Below, piece after piece: positions 44,705 to 55,462 of a stretch of DNA of 64,000 nucleotides. The notes under the pieces are model-generated. The model was not told the origin of the DNA, did not search any database, and saw nothing but the letters and a program-made list of their open reading frames with translations. The translations under genes were made by a program, and so were the position numbers. Position 1 is the stretch's first letter. Each line of letters starts with the position of its first letter. Source of the DNA: Nitrosopumilus sp. (GTDB lineage Archaea; Thermoproteota; Nitrososphaeria; Nitrososphaerales; Nitrosopumilaceae); the NCBI GenBank assembly GCA_965218695.1, contig OZ244651.1, forward strand, positions 896,001-960,000. Direction: 5' to 3'.

Positions 44705-45811
44705 TAGAAGTCGGATTTGACAGGCTGGGAAACATGCCGCGCTCCGGCAGGCCGACCAAGGCGAGCAAGGCAGACATGAAGAAGATCAGAAAGGCCGCAT
44801 GCAGTAAACCGGTCTGGACGGGCAGGGAGATGCAGCAATACATCCAACAGAAGACCGGAGTAAAGTACGAACTCGGATATGTGCGCCAGATACTGCGCGG
44901 GTGGGGCTATTCCCAAAAGGTTCCCGTAGGAAAACATGCAAGAAGGGCACCTGACGAGGAGATCAGGAAATTCCAAAAAGAGATGCCAGAGATTATAAAA
45001 AAAGAACAGTGAAGGAACAGTCGTAGCGATACAGGACGAGTCCATAGTAATCTCCGATGCGCGGCCGCGAAGACGCGGCTACACCAGGAAGGGAATACGG
45101 GCGTTTTTCACGTACACCGGCTCACACTCCAAGACGATAATCCATGGACTAATCACCACGGACGGCAGGGGCATGTTCCGGCAGTACGATGCGTTTACCA
45201 AGGACACCTTTGAGGACTTTCTAAGGCAGGCGATGTACAGGTTCAAGAAGATCTGCCTGATCATGGACAAGGCCTCCCAGCACAGGGCATCAAACATACG
45301 CAAACTGCTTGATGGCACAGACGGCCTGGAGATAATCTTCCTGCCAACTGCGACCCCGGACCTGAGCGCCATAGAGACGTACTGGAGGGATCTCAAACGG
45401 GCAGTGCTTGACGTGCCGTACACCAGCCTGAGCATGCTCCGCGAGGCGATCACCAGGTACGCGAGGTACAAAAAACCGAATCTGGTAGTCGAGAATTTTC
45501 TGTACAGGGCCATCTAGAACGACATCAAACCGCACCGGATCCACGCCGCCTAGCGTGTGCCATGCACGGCGCACCAGAGCATGCAATGTCTAATGTTTGG
45601 AGCGTCTTTTCTCGTCATTTGGGAATTCAACGCACCTCGTAATTTCCAGAGACGGCTGTTGCATCAAAAATTTATGAGCGATTTTGATATGAATTTTTCA
45701 TTGCTGGTATACATCCACCACTCCGAATAATACATATGTGCCAAAAATCTGATCTGCCCATAAAACAAATTAACAAATTGATCAGATTTATGAAAAATTT
45801 GGTGATAATGG

Positions 45812-47383
45812 TTAATTAGTGATATTTTTGTTAGGGATTCTCCTTCTAACTGCCATTACAAAAACAGCTGGCGCAGCAAAGTACATTCCAATGTTTAGCA
45901 ATATTACGCTAATGCCATAGCCGAGCATCTCAGATTCAGAGTTAATGTCAGCATATTGTAGCAATGTCAATGAAGTCAGTAGTGGGGTCAATGCTAGTTT
46001 CACAGTTTCCTTGAAGACTGGGTTTTCCCTTTCGTAATCAGCTATTGCTGGACTGAAGGAATAATAGAACTGGTTGAATCCTGTCATGAATGCAGAGCCA
46101 GACTCTGTTTGTAAAATAGTATTGTCACGAATTTCTCTTAAGATCTGGACTTGAGGGGCCATTTCAGAACCAAACGCTGCCGTAGCTATTAGGCATCCGC
46201 CGCCTGAAGCTTCTGGTTCTTCTTCTTCCATAGCTGCATCTTTCTCCTCCATCATCGTCTCGCTTTCTTCCATCATTTCTTCTTCCATCATCGTCTCGCT
46301 TTCTTCCATCATTTCTTCTTCCATCATTTCTTCTTCAGCTGCCACAAGGTACTCCTTGTATCCATCTTGTGCATAAATTTCTGGAACAACAAATGTTCCT
46401 TCTATCATCTGATTCTCGAGTTCAGCTATCTTTGCCTTTAATGCTGAAGGAATCTGACTCTCTAATTCATGGTATGATGCTAGACCTGACACTCCTTCAC
46501 TTATGCCCCATCGATAGAATTCACCGCCCTTTATTTCTCCTGAATTAATCCCTTCAATTCCTCGCACAATGATACTTGTATGGTTAAAAAGTGCACTTGT
46601 TAGAGTGATCTCTTCATCCAAAAAGATCTGGTCGTTGGTATTACCAATATGTAGTAGACCTGGATTTTCATTTAGGCCATTTATGACCCCAAAAGCTGCT
46701 CTATCTAGATCCTGAAACAGTATGTCTGCTCCAGCATCAATCTGACCTTTAGCAGCCTCGTAGCCTTTTGATACATCGTTAAAGCTACCGATGTAAACCT
46801 GCATTATTTCGACTTGAGGATTCTCCGTATGCACTCCAAGCTTGAACGCCTCATACATGCGTACTAGATTTGGAAAATCGTGGGCAGCTACAATTCCTAT
46901 TTTGTTTGTCTGTGTCATTCCAGTAGCTAATACTCCGGCAAGGTAGCCTGACTGCTCGTTCTTTGCGTCTAGACCAACCATGTTTGATGGATATGGTGCA
47001 TCAATGGGAGGAACAGCTGCTGTAACTAAGAAAGTCGTTTGTGGATAGTCGGCCGCTATTTTTGCAGTAACATCAGTGAATTGAGGGCCACCCATTATCA
47101 CATACTTGTAGCCCCGCTCTGCATAATCTCTAGCTGCAGTTTCCCACTGGGGCGGATCCTGTTTTTCACTTATAGCTATTTCGTAGCCGAACTTATCTTC
47201 TAAAGCTAACATGCCAGCATAGTGTAATGCCCCCCATCCTAGGTCATCAGTTGATGCCTCCATAACAAGAGCTGTCTTTGTAACTTGTGCATGTGCTGGT
47301 GAAAAACTAATGCCGATAACTGCCGTTAAAATTATAATCGAAAAGAGTCCCAGTACAATACCGCTACATTTTTTTCGGATCAA
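45812..47383 (-). CDS. BMP/PnrA-family nucleoside-binding ABC substrate protein with acidic Met/Glu linker and CFI-box-CTERM domain
   Basis: Signal peptide (PAHA-Q); DLGW, EQSGYLAG..A..TQTNKIG, GSFNDVSKG, GADILF; C-terminal GGGCLIATAAFGSEMAPQVQ.LRE.RD..FYYSFSP plus TM. Confidence 0.9.
   Translation of the reverse strand: MIRKKCSGIVLGLFSIIILTAVIGISFSPAHAQVTKTALVMEASTDDLGWGALHYAGMLALEDKFGYEIAISEKQDPPQWETAARDYAERGYKYVIMGGPQFTDVTAKIAADYPQTTFLVTAAVPPIDAPYPSNMVGLDAKNEQSGYLAGVLATGMTQTNKIGIVAAHDFPNLVRMYEAFKLGVHTENPQVEIMQVYIGSFNDVSKGYEAAKGQIDAGADILFQDLDRAAFGVINGLNENPGLLHIGNTNDQIFLDEEITLTSALFNHTSIIVRGIEGINSGEIKGGEFYRWGISEGVSGLASYHELESQIPSALKAKIAELENQMIEGTFVVPEIYAQDGYKEYLVAAEEEMMEEEMMEESETMMEEEMMEESETMMEEKDAAMEEEEPEASGGGCLIATAAFGSEMAPQVQILREIRDNTILQTESGSAFMTGFNQFYYSFSPAIADYERENPVFKETVKLALTPLLTSLTLLQYADINSESEMLGYGISVILLNIGMYFAAPAVFVMAVRRRIPNKNITN
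46248..46336 (-). repeat. 36-bp tandem repeat encoding EEEMMEESETMM linker
   Basis: Direct inspection. Confidence 0.85.
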
Positions 47384-47433
47384 GTGAATATCTATAGAGA
47401 GAGTAGGTTTGATATAAGTATGATCTTCAATAT

Positions 47434-48906
47434 CAGTAGATGGAAATGTGTTTTTTCAGGACAACCTGATCTTGCCGCGTTCCTTATGATCACTAGGCGT
47501 TCGCCATTATTAGACTCTGGGTGTTAAAAATGGAGCGCGCGAGTCTTACACGTTCAAATGAAAAACAAGCAATCGCTCCAAATACAGTCCGCCGAATCTG
47601 CATATAAGATCATCGGCCCCGTACTGTTTTCCCTGTTGCAGATCAAGTTCTCAGACAGGTACAACGCCCTATACGGACCGGTCCACTTTTTTGAACGCTT
47701 GTTTGGCATGTGCAGGCACACCGAATACGCAGAGACTGCATGGTCCAGCGACCCGGACGGCGGGACGGGCATTCCCACGGGCAGGTGGCTGCTTGACAGG
47801 ATACGCCATATCCGGTACGACTACATGTTAAAGCGGTGCCAGGCAATAACGGATCGCACCGTGCGCAGGATGAGGCGGCACGGCATGTTCAGGGAGCCGG
47901 TGGACATTGCAATCGACAAACACCTGGTCTGCAGGTACGACAGGTTCCGGAGGATCGTCAACACCATAAAGTCAAAACCAAAAAAGGGAACGTACAACTT
48001 TAACTGCCTGGCGACTGCAAACTGCATCGTGGCAGGCTCCAGGGCGTTTCTGGCAGCCCGGCTGGTCAGAAGGGGAGATACAGACCTCGAGGTGGTCTCA
48101 GGACTGATAGCAGACTGCAGAAGGCAGGGGATAAGGATCAAGTCACTAAAGATAGACCGGGAGTTCTTTTCTGTGGACATCATTAACATGCTGGAGCGTG
48201 AAGGGATCCCGTTCATGGTGCCTGCAATCAAGACCAAGGGCGTCAAAAAAGCCGTAGAGGAGTTCAAAGACGGCGGGAAGGCGACGGTGTCGCGGCATTC
48301 CATAGATTCGGGACGCGATACTGCCGAGTTTACACTGATAATCCAAAAGAGGAAGAACGGCCACTTTACGCTTGCCACCAACGCCACGGTGCCGCAGGTG
48401 CTGGGGTTCGAGTCCAGCAACGGCCTGACAGGCGCACACGGATTCGCAGAACAGTACCGTCTCCGCTGGGGAGTGGAGACTGCGTACAGCAACTACGAGT
48501 CACTCAGGCCCCGCACCACGAGCAGGAACGAGTCGGTGCGCATGCTGCTGCTGTTCTTCCCGATATTCATTTACAACGCCTGGGCGCTGGTCCGCCACCT
48601 GCTCCGGATCTCATTCCACGGCAGGCACATGACGCTCATAAAGATGCTCAGGCTGTTTCTCAGGTTCATGAAAGAGTTGGGCCTGGCCGAACCACCCACG
48701 TGAATTGTGTTTCTTGACGCATTCGTATGCAAGTGCCGGCCGCAAGGCTGCGCGGACATGCAGCAACCGGTGCCGGGGTGCCAACGGAATGTGCGCAGGA
48801 CAGTCAACTGGGATTATCTTTCGGATTTGTGGGCAGCTGGTTGTTAATCATGGGTTTGATAAAGGGGGTGTCAGGCATGTGCAATTAGACACATTTCCAA
48901 CTACTG
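47434..48906 (+). mobile_element. ISH3-like element, intact transposase 47558..48703
   Basis: TIR CAGTAGATGGAAATGTG / CACATTTCCAACTACTG, TSD CAATAT; IAIDKH, IDREFFS, RWGVETAY. Confidence 0.92.
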
Positions 48907-48912
48907 CAATAT

Positions 48913-49540
48913 AGGGTTGGCGTGTAATTCTGGTTCAACCCGCTCCTGCATGCCTCCCGCCGCGTCTTTACCGGCGGCATCCTAGTGCGTGTCGGGCTAT
49001 TGTTGCCGGCACGTCACTATCAGCTACAGACATGTCGGATCATCAGAAGCACTCCGCGTGTGCCAGACCGCCGTAGGATGACATCGGTATATTTAGCCGG
49101 TTGGCGCACTCGAACCGGTTGAGGGCCCGTATGTCCCCGGATGTTGCCCTGCCCTTTACGAACCGGCGCCGGTTGTCCTCGCGGACGAATCTGCAGTGCA
49201 GCTGGTGCCGCCTGTCTCTTCAGCCCCGAATATGCCCTCTATCGGTGGCCCTCTTTCTGTACTCGTCGGTATTGAACAGTCTGACAGCCTTCTTCCTGTT
49301 GGGCTTGCCCCTGTTGACGGCATCCTTCCGCTGTTTTATGTTGGGAATCAGGCCTTCCGGAACAGCTCCCCGCAGTTGCAGTCCGAGTCGTATCCCCTGT
49401 CCACGTCAAAGAAGCGCCCCCGCAAAGTCAAACCCGCGGAGCCTGATCTCGGCCAGCATTACCGGAGGCATGACCGTGTCGTTGACGCTCCTAGGCGTGG
49501 TGAACGCCGCCAGTACGATCTGCAGGCTCAGGATACCATA
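48913..49540 (-). pseudogene. IS5-like transposase remnant (frameshifted)
   Basis: FDVDRGYDS...PNIKQRKDAVNRGK, related to the 54850 remnant. Confidence 0.65.
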
Positions 49541-49899
49541 TACGGGTCACTTGCCCTGGACGGCAGGCAGCTTTTCCGGACATACGACAGATTCAATGCT
49601 CCCACCTTTGTTGTCTGCCTCAAGGAGTTGCAGAAGCATTTTGGAAAGGCGGTGGTAATAACTGACCGGGCACCGCAGCATCGCTCAAAACTGGGAAAGG
49701 GGTTTCTTCCCACGAACAAAAACATCAGGATCATGTATTTCCCCAAGGGCTCGCCTTACCTGAACGCCGTGGAAGAATGCTGGCGCCGGAGAAAACGCAG
49801 ACTGCTCGCTTCTGAATATTATAGAACATTTTCGGACATGTGTCGAGCCGTCTCTACGTATTACCGAACGGCACGGTTCAATCTGGAATTGATCAGATA
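49536..49899 (+). pseudogene. IS630 C-terminal fragment
   Basis: YGSLALDGRQ..TDRAPQH..PYLNAVEE; interrupted at TA by the next element. Confidence 0.8.
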
Positions 49900-50987
49900 T
49901 AGTGTCGATCAAAAGTTTTTTACATTTAGGGACTTTCTACAGATAAACTCCATTACGTCAATCCTTGGACGCGCGGTCCTGAAATACTCCGACATTGCGT
50001 TGCGCATCTGCACTATCGTGGCATAGTACTCGGACACCAGCACGTTACGTTTTGCCTGGTGCCAGTACTCCTCCACGCCGCTAAGCTCGGGCGTTGCAGC
50101 TGGAAGCCACATGACCTTGATGTCGGGATTTTCCTTTAGAAATTTCATCACGATCCTTGACTTGTGTTGTGGCGCATTATCCATGATTACGACCACCTTT
50201 CCAAAATGCCTGACCAGATCCTTGAGATACTGCAGGACCGTCTCCTTATCAAATTTTTCATGCGTCCTGAAGAACTGCCTGCCGTCTGTTACAATGAAAC
50301 CGTATGCCACCACCTTTCCGTGCCGTCCCTTGTATGTCGTGACAATCGGCTCGCCTTCTGGCGACCAATACTTTACGCCCGATGCCGGATCGTCTACAAA
50401 TATGGCCTCGTCAAAGACGACTGGGAGAAAACCCTTCTCTTGCAGGCGTGAAATCCGCCTTTTGGCGTTGCGCTGCCACTGCCTGATCTTTTTGATCTCT
50501 GGCCTGTTGACGTGGATGCGCTGGACCGTCTTGGCAGACAGGCCAAGCCTGTGCATTATCTTTGTGACGTTTGAAATGTGGTATGTCACCTTGAATTCTT
50601 TGCGTATGTTTTCTTTGAGCTGCTTTGGAGTTGTGATGCTGCCAGTCCTTGCTGCAAGCCCCGCAATCTTCTCAAGCCCGACCTTGGGCGGCCTGCCCGG
50701 GCGGGGCCTGTCTTCCAGGCCTGCAAGACCCTCGCTATCAAAATGCCGGACCCAGCTTGTGACAGTGTGCGGGTCGCAAAAGCACAGTGATGCCACCTCG
50801 GATATGCCCAGCCCCCTGATCTTGACCATGCAGACGGCGTGGATCCTGTCCTTTATGGTTCCCCTCTTCTCTTTCTTGTAGGCCTGGATTAACAGCTTTT
50901 TGCTTTTTTCATCCATGTGGGCGGTAGTGCGGAGTGATCAAAAAATGTTACGCTCAGACTGACGTAGAAGACTTTTGATTGACACTA
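49900..50987 (-). mobile_element. IS630 1088-bp element, copy 1 (transposase 49909..50916)
   Basis: TIR TAGTGTC(G/A)ATCAAAAGT, TA duplication. Confidence 0.95.
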
Positions 50988-51080
50988 TATGTAAACAAAA
51001 AAATTGAATTAATCCACACGAGCATATGATCTTAGCTATAGGTGGATAGGCGGGGGTTAACATGTGTTCAGCCCGGCTGA

Positions 51081-51171
51081 GTACGAGGGCAGCTACCTGC
51101 TTTGCTCAGGCACGAGTCTGTATGGCCGTGCGGATTTTACGCCTGACTTGACGCAGTAGCTGATCTCATAC
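51081..51171. mobile_element. 91-bp MITE
   Basis: GTACGAGGGCAGCTAC...GTAGCTGATCTCATAC with 8-bp TSD CCGGCTGA. Confidence 0.8.
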
Positions 51172-51251
51172 CCGGCTGACACGAGTATTCTTAAATAGTT
51201 TTAACTGATTTTTTGTATATGTTACATCTTACCAGAAACTCAAATAATTTC

Positions 51252-52823
51252 ATGGTAAAGATGAAGGGAATTACAAAGACATTCGATAGTTTGATAGCTA
51301 ATGATCATATTGATTTTGATGTAAGAGGTGGTGAAATCCACACTTTGTTGGGCGAAAACGGAGCCGGAAAGACCACACTTATGAAAATATTATACGGTTT
51401 GCTAAGTCCAGACTCTGGTGAGATTTTCGTTGAAGGAGAAAAAGTCCGATTCCGGTCTCCGCGAGATGCAATACAACTCGGTGTGGGGATGGTCCATCAG
51501 CACTTCATGCTCGTTTCACGACACACTGTATTAGATAACATCATTCTAGGCATTTCTGGTCTTCCTGCAAAAACTGCAGAAACTAAGAATGTGAATGTTC
51601 TACAAAAACTCATAAATAGAATTAGTCTGCACTCTGCCGAACATGCTGAGCTAATCTCGGAGATTTCTGACAAGTATAACCTAAAAATAAATCTCGCAGC
51701 AAAGATATGGCAGCTCTCTGTCGGCGAGCGCCAACGCGTAGAGATAATTAAGGTTCTTTACCGCGGCGCAAAGCTCTTGATACTTGATGAACCAACTTCG
51801 AATCTTACACCGCTGGAAAACGAGAACTTGTTTTCGGCGTTAAAAACATTGGTAAAGAGCGGTGTTTCAGTAGTCTTGATAACACACCGGCTTAATGAAG
51901 CGATGACTATGAGTGATAGGATTACTGTGCTAAGGAGTGGCAAACATGTTGCCACCCTTGACAGAGACCAGTTATCTAAAGCCAAGCTAGCTCAGATGAT
52001 CGTGGGAAAGGAGATTGCGTATGCAGAAGCTTCACACCAACCGACAGGCACTAAGCCAATTTGTAGGATGGAAAATATTTGGGCCAAGAACAATCTTGGC
52101 ATTGACGCAGTAAAAGGATTCTCCCTTGCTGTGAACGAAGCAGAGATCGTGGGCATTGCGGGTGTAGAAGGTAATGGCCAGGGAGAACTTGTTGAAGTAA
52201 TTATGGGACTTCGTAAAGCAGAACGAGGTCATGTATTTATCAAAGGAGATGAAATAACTCGCAAAAGCACGGGTGAAATACTGGGCAAGGGAGTATCTTA
52301 CATACCTCAGGATAGAAATACCGAGGGTCTGGTAGGTGTGTTTAATATCTGGGAAAACATGATCCTTGATCGGTATAATGAACCGTCCTTTTCTAACAGG
52401 TTTTTCATAGATGCAAAAAAAGCCAAAGAGCATGCACGTTCACTCATAGACGAATATGCCATCAAATGTCATGGACTGAACACTAAGGTCAAAACACTTT
52501 CAGGTGGCAATGCTCAACGAGTTGTTGTTGCGCGAGAACTAGACAGAAGTCCTAGTCTTGTTGTGGCAAACCAACCCACTCGTGGTCTTGATGTTGCCTC
52601 CACGGAATTTGTACTTAACAAGCTGGCTGATCATCGAAAGCAAGGATGCGCAATACTTGTCGTATTAACAGAGTTGGATGAAATAATCAGGATAAGTGAC
52701 AGAATAGTCGTAATGTATCAGGGAATAGTTCAGGGAATAGTTCGTCCCACAGAGACCGATAGAGAACAAATTGGATTGCTCATGTTAGGAGGAAAGAAAA
52801 AAAATAGTGACAAAATTGAGTGA
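51252..52823 (+). CDS. Nucleoside/sugar (CUT2, NupA-like) ABC transporter ATPase, two NBDs
   Basis: GENGAGKT, LSVGERQR, LDEPT, LSGGNAQR, QPTRGLD; CTTAAATA TATA-like at 51190. Confidence 0.95.
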   Translation: MVKMKGITKTFDSLIANDHIDFDVRGGEIHTLLGENGAGKTTLMKILYGLLSPDSGEIFVEGEKVRFRSPRDAIQLGVGMVHQHFMLVSRHTVLDNIILGISGLPAKTAETKNVNVLQKLINRISLHSAEHAELISEISDKYNLKINLAAKIWQLSVGERQRVEIIKVLYRGAKLLILDEPTSNLTPLENENLFSALKTLVKSGVSVVLITHRLNEAMTMSDRITVLRSGKHVATLDRDQLSKAKLAQMIVGKEIAYAEASHQPTGTKPICRMENIWAKNNLGIDAVKGFSLAVNEAEIVGIAGVEGNGQGELVEVIMGLRKAERGHVFIKGDEITRKSTGEILGKGVSYIPQDRNTEGLVGVFNIWENMILDRYNEPSFSNRFFIDAKKAKEHARSLIDEYAIKCHGLNTKVKTLSGGNAQRVVVARELDRSPSLVVANQPTRGLDVASTEFVLNKLADHRKQGCAILVVLTELDEIIRISDRIVVMYQGIVQGIVRPTETDREQIGLLMLGGKKKNSDKIE

Positions 52824-53859
52824 ATTACCGAACCTAGTCAAGACATGGCTAACATTTGACAAGATCATAATACCAATTGCGGTAGTTGTAGTAATTTTTG
52901 TAGTTCTTATCGCAGGTGCATTACTCGTAAAAACAGATGTTGTGGAGGCCCTGGATGCTTTCTTCCAAGGAACTTTTGGCAGCTCATTTGGTAATACGAC
53001 AGTCTTTCTAAGGACGGCTCCACTCTTGCTGACAGGAATTGGGGTAGCTGTAGCATTTAGAGCGAGGCTCATAAACATTGGTGCCGAAGGTCAGCTGTAC
53101 ATAGGCGCACTAGTTGCTACTTGGGGCGGAATAACACTAGATCTTCCGAGTATAGTGTTTATTCCAGTGCTAATGGCTCTGGCCTTCATTGCAGGAGGGG
53201 CATGGGCCTCTGTAGCTGCAGTGCTCAAGGCAAAATACCGGATTAATGAAATCATTGTTACTTTCATGATGAATTTTATTGCAATCTTCCTCGCCAGCTG
53301 GGCTCTCCTTAATCCGCTGAAAGGATCTTCGCCTGGACTTGCCCAGTCTGGCGACATAGCACAGAATGCTATGTTACCAGTTTTTGGGGATACACGCATC
53401 CACTTGGGGATAATAATTGGAATTTTAGCATGCATTCTCGTATATTACTTTTTCAAAAAGACAAAGAAAGGATTTGAGCTTCGAATGGTTGGGAGCAATC
53501 CTAACGCCGCGCGTTCCGCTGGCGTAAATATATTTCGTAGCATGTTCCTTGCCATGATGATAAGCGGCGGTCTATCTGGCCTAGCAGGGATGATTGAAGT
53601 TACAGGAATTCATCACCATCTGATAGACGGAATTTCTCCCGGCTATGGTTATACAGGCATTGTGATTGCACTTGTACCAAACCTTCATCCCCTAGGTATT
53701 ATCCCAAGTGCATTTCTGTTTGGCATCACATTTGCTGGGGCTGACGCTGCTCATCGTATCGCAGAACTACCTATTGGGATGGTATTTGTAATTCAAGGAA
53801 TAGTCATGTTCGTGGTTATCAGTTTGCAGTGGAAGAGGTTTAAGTCTTGGCAGAGATAA
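52807..53859 (+). CDS. Nucleoside ABC permease (NupB-like)
   Basis: NIGAEGQ, NEIIVTFMMN, GFELRMVG.NP.AAR.AG, GYGYTGI. Confidence 0.93.
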   Translation: MTKLSELPNLVKTWLTFDKIIIPIAVVVVIFVVLIAGALLVKTDVVEALDAFFQGTFGSSFGNTTVFLRTAPLLLTGIGVAVAFRARLINIGAEGQLYIGALVATWGGITLDLPSIVFIPVLMALAFIAGGAWASVAAVLKAKYRINEIIVTFMMNFIAIFLASWALLNPLKGSSPGLAQSGDIAQNAMLPVFGDTRIHLGIIIGILACILVYYFFKKTKKGFELRMVGSNPNAARSAGVNIFRSMFLAMMISGGLSGLAGMIEVTGIHHHLIDGISPGYGYTGIVIALVPNLHPLGIIPSAFLFGITFAGADAAHRIAELPIGMVFVIQGIVMFVVISLQWKRFKSWQR

Positions 53860-54782
53860 TAGAGGTTGCAATTATAGTTGGGTTTCTTGCTGGAGCCATC
53901 AAGCTGAGCGTGCCCCTCATTCTAACCTCGCTTGGCGAAATAGTTTCTGAACGTGCGGGCGTACTCAATCTAGGTCTGGAGGGGATTATGATTATGGGTG
54001 CTTTTGCTGGTTTTCTCGGTGCTGCAGTCTCAGGTAATATGTGGATGGGATTTGGCGCGGGAATGATTGCAGGAGTAGGGATGTCGTTTTTACTACCGTT
54101 GATTAGTGAGACACTACGTGGAAATCAAATAGTGACAGGCTTGGGGATATTTATCCTTGGCACCGGTCTTTCTTTGTTACTTTTCCGCATTGCTTTTGAG
54201 GGTACATTTGCTCCTGTAGTAGAAGGTCTTGGAAAAATTAGTATACCCATATTAAGCGATGCCCCCATTATTGGCCCGATTTTGTTCCAACATGACGTAA
54301 TGGTGTATGTTACTTTCTTGCTTGTTCCTATATTTTATTATTTTATTTTCCATACCAGTATTGGCCTGAGTGTGAGAAGTGTGGGTGAGAATCCCAAAGT
54401 GGCAGAAACACTTGGTCTGAGCGTTACGCGAATTAGGTACTATTCTGTGATGCTATGTGGCGCAATGGCTGGACTCGGGGGTGCATATTTAGCTATTGAA
54501 TATGCCAAGAAGTTTACAGAAGGTATGACTGCAGGCCTTGGATTTGTGGTTCTAGCAGTAGTTATTCTTGGAAGATGGAATCCTGTTGGCGCGCTTTTAG
54601 CAGCATTACTTTTTGCTGGCGCCACTGTTTTACAACTTAGGCTACAGATAATAGGAGTAGAGATAGCTCCGCAATTCTTTTTCATGATTCCATACCTTCT
54701 TACGATAATAGTGCTTGTGCTTGTATCTCGTGCTGGAGGGGGACCGGAGGCAATTGGTGTCCCTTATGTCAAGGAAAGATAA
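53847..54782 (+). CDS. Nucleoside ABC permease (NupC-like)
   Basis: SERAGVLNLGLEG, GENP..AE.LG, GRWNP, PEAIGVPY. Confidence 0.93.
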   Translation: MAEIIEVAIIVGFLAGAIKLSVPLILTSLGEIVSERAGVLNLGLEGIMIMGAFAGFLGAAVSGNMWMGFGAGMIAGVGMSFLLPLISETLRGNQIVTGLGIFILGTGLSLLLFRIAFEGTFAPVVEGLGKISIPILSDAPIIGPILFQHDVMVYVTFLLVPIFYYFIFHTSIGLSVRSVGENPKVAETLGLSVTRIRYYSVMLCGAMAGLGGAYLAIEYAKKFTEGMTAGLGFVVLAVVILGRWNPVGALLAALLFAGATVLQLRLQIIGVEIAPQFFFMIPYLLTIIVLVLVSRAGGGPEAIGVPYVKER

Positions 54783-54849
54783 CTTATAGAAGATAAACGG
54801 GGCATTAAATGGTAAAGCTGGTGCAAGAATTACTACATCTATGCTAATT

Positions 54850-55310
54850 TCTCCACGGACTCATCCGGTTACTGCGTCCAGTCTGCCGTTTTTGGATGCG
54901 TTTGCACGATGCTGAACCGCATGAAGGATCTCGGCATCGGCTGCAGGGATTCTGTCTTCTGCGCGGACCGCAGATACGATTCTGGCGGGACATGCGGCAT
55001 GCTATTCGGAATGGGTATGGTCCCAAACATCAAGCAAAAAAGAAACGCCGTAAGCCGCAGCAAGTCGTTCCGCAGGCGGGCTGCCGCCCTGTTTGACGAA
55101 ACTGTATACCGGTACCAGTAAACCTATAGCGGCGCGCCAAAATTCGTGTGCGAAGAATCCAATTTTGCACTTGGAATGGTGTGGTTCATTCGCCGATGGC
55201 CAGATTTTTGCACGAACTAGGGCGGCTAACAGCGCCCAGTTTGATGAAATGCAGAATTGCGGAATCCATTTAGCCTAAGGTGAGCGGATTGCTTTGGCCC
55301 CTACTACTGC
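54850..55310 (+). pseudogene. IS5-like transposase remnant followed by a ~180-bp IS630-ended miniature (55128-55305)
   Basis: ADRRYDS..PNIKQKRN; ends TAGCGGCGCGCCAAAATTCG and ..GCTTTGGCCCCTACTA (the latter matches the end at ~58470). Confidence 0.6.
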
Positions 55311-55462
55311 TCACCTGCATACTGACGTGCAGGAAATGTACGCTCAACTGCTACCAAGAACTTGACCATATACTAATGGCACAGTGATCCGTGCGGAGCC
55401 GAAACGCGTACTTTCGTTTGCTGAGAATACTAATATAATACTGTGTAACATGGTATTATGAG

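Larger units (their letters stand above)
41819..45709 (+). mobile_element. IS630-family element carrying two nested ISs; transposase pieces 43432-43602 and 44705-45517, frameshifted at an A7 run near 45000
   Basis: Ends TACCAAAAGTGAAAA / TTTTCATTGCTGGTA with TA duplication; QDES, MDKASQH, PDLSAIE. Confidence 0.85.
38714..45745 (-). pseudogene. C-terminal remnant of a second nucleoside ABC permease, in four pieces (45713-45745, 41706-41727, 39881-39971, 38714-38780)
   Basis: Removing the inserts at their TSDs gives in-frame VLFGVVDALQFSFQAVGVKAPHQLMLMLSHIMAIAVTASTYKRTLQPASIGVPYSRAKKR*, similar to the C-terminus of 53847..54782. Confidence 0.8.

Noticed and set aside
49196-50026. 276-aa ORF as a novel fusion protein
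   Set aside because: Chance read-through joining an antisense IS5 remnant, an IS630 fragment and an IS end
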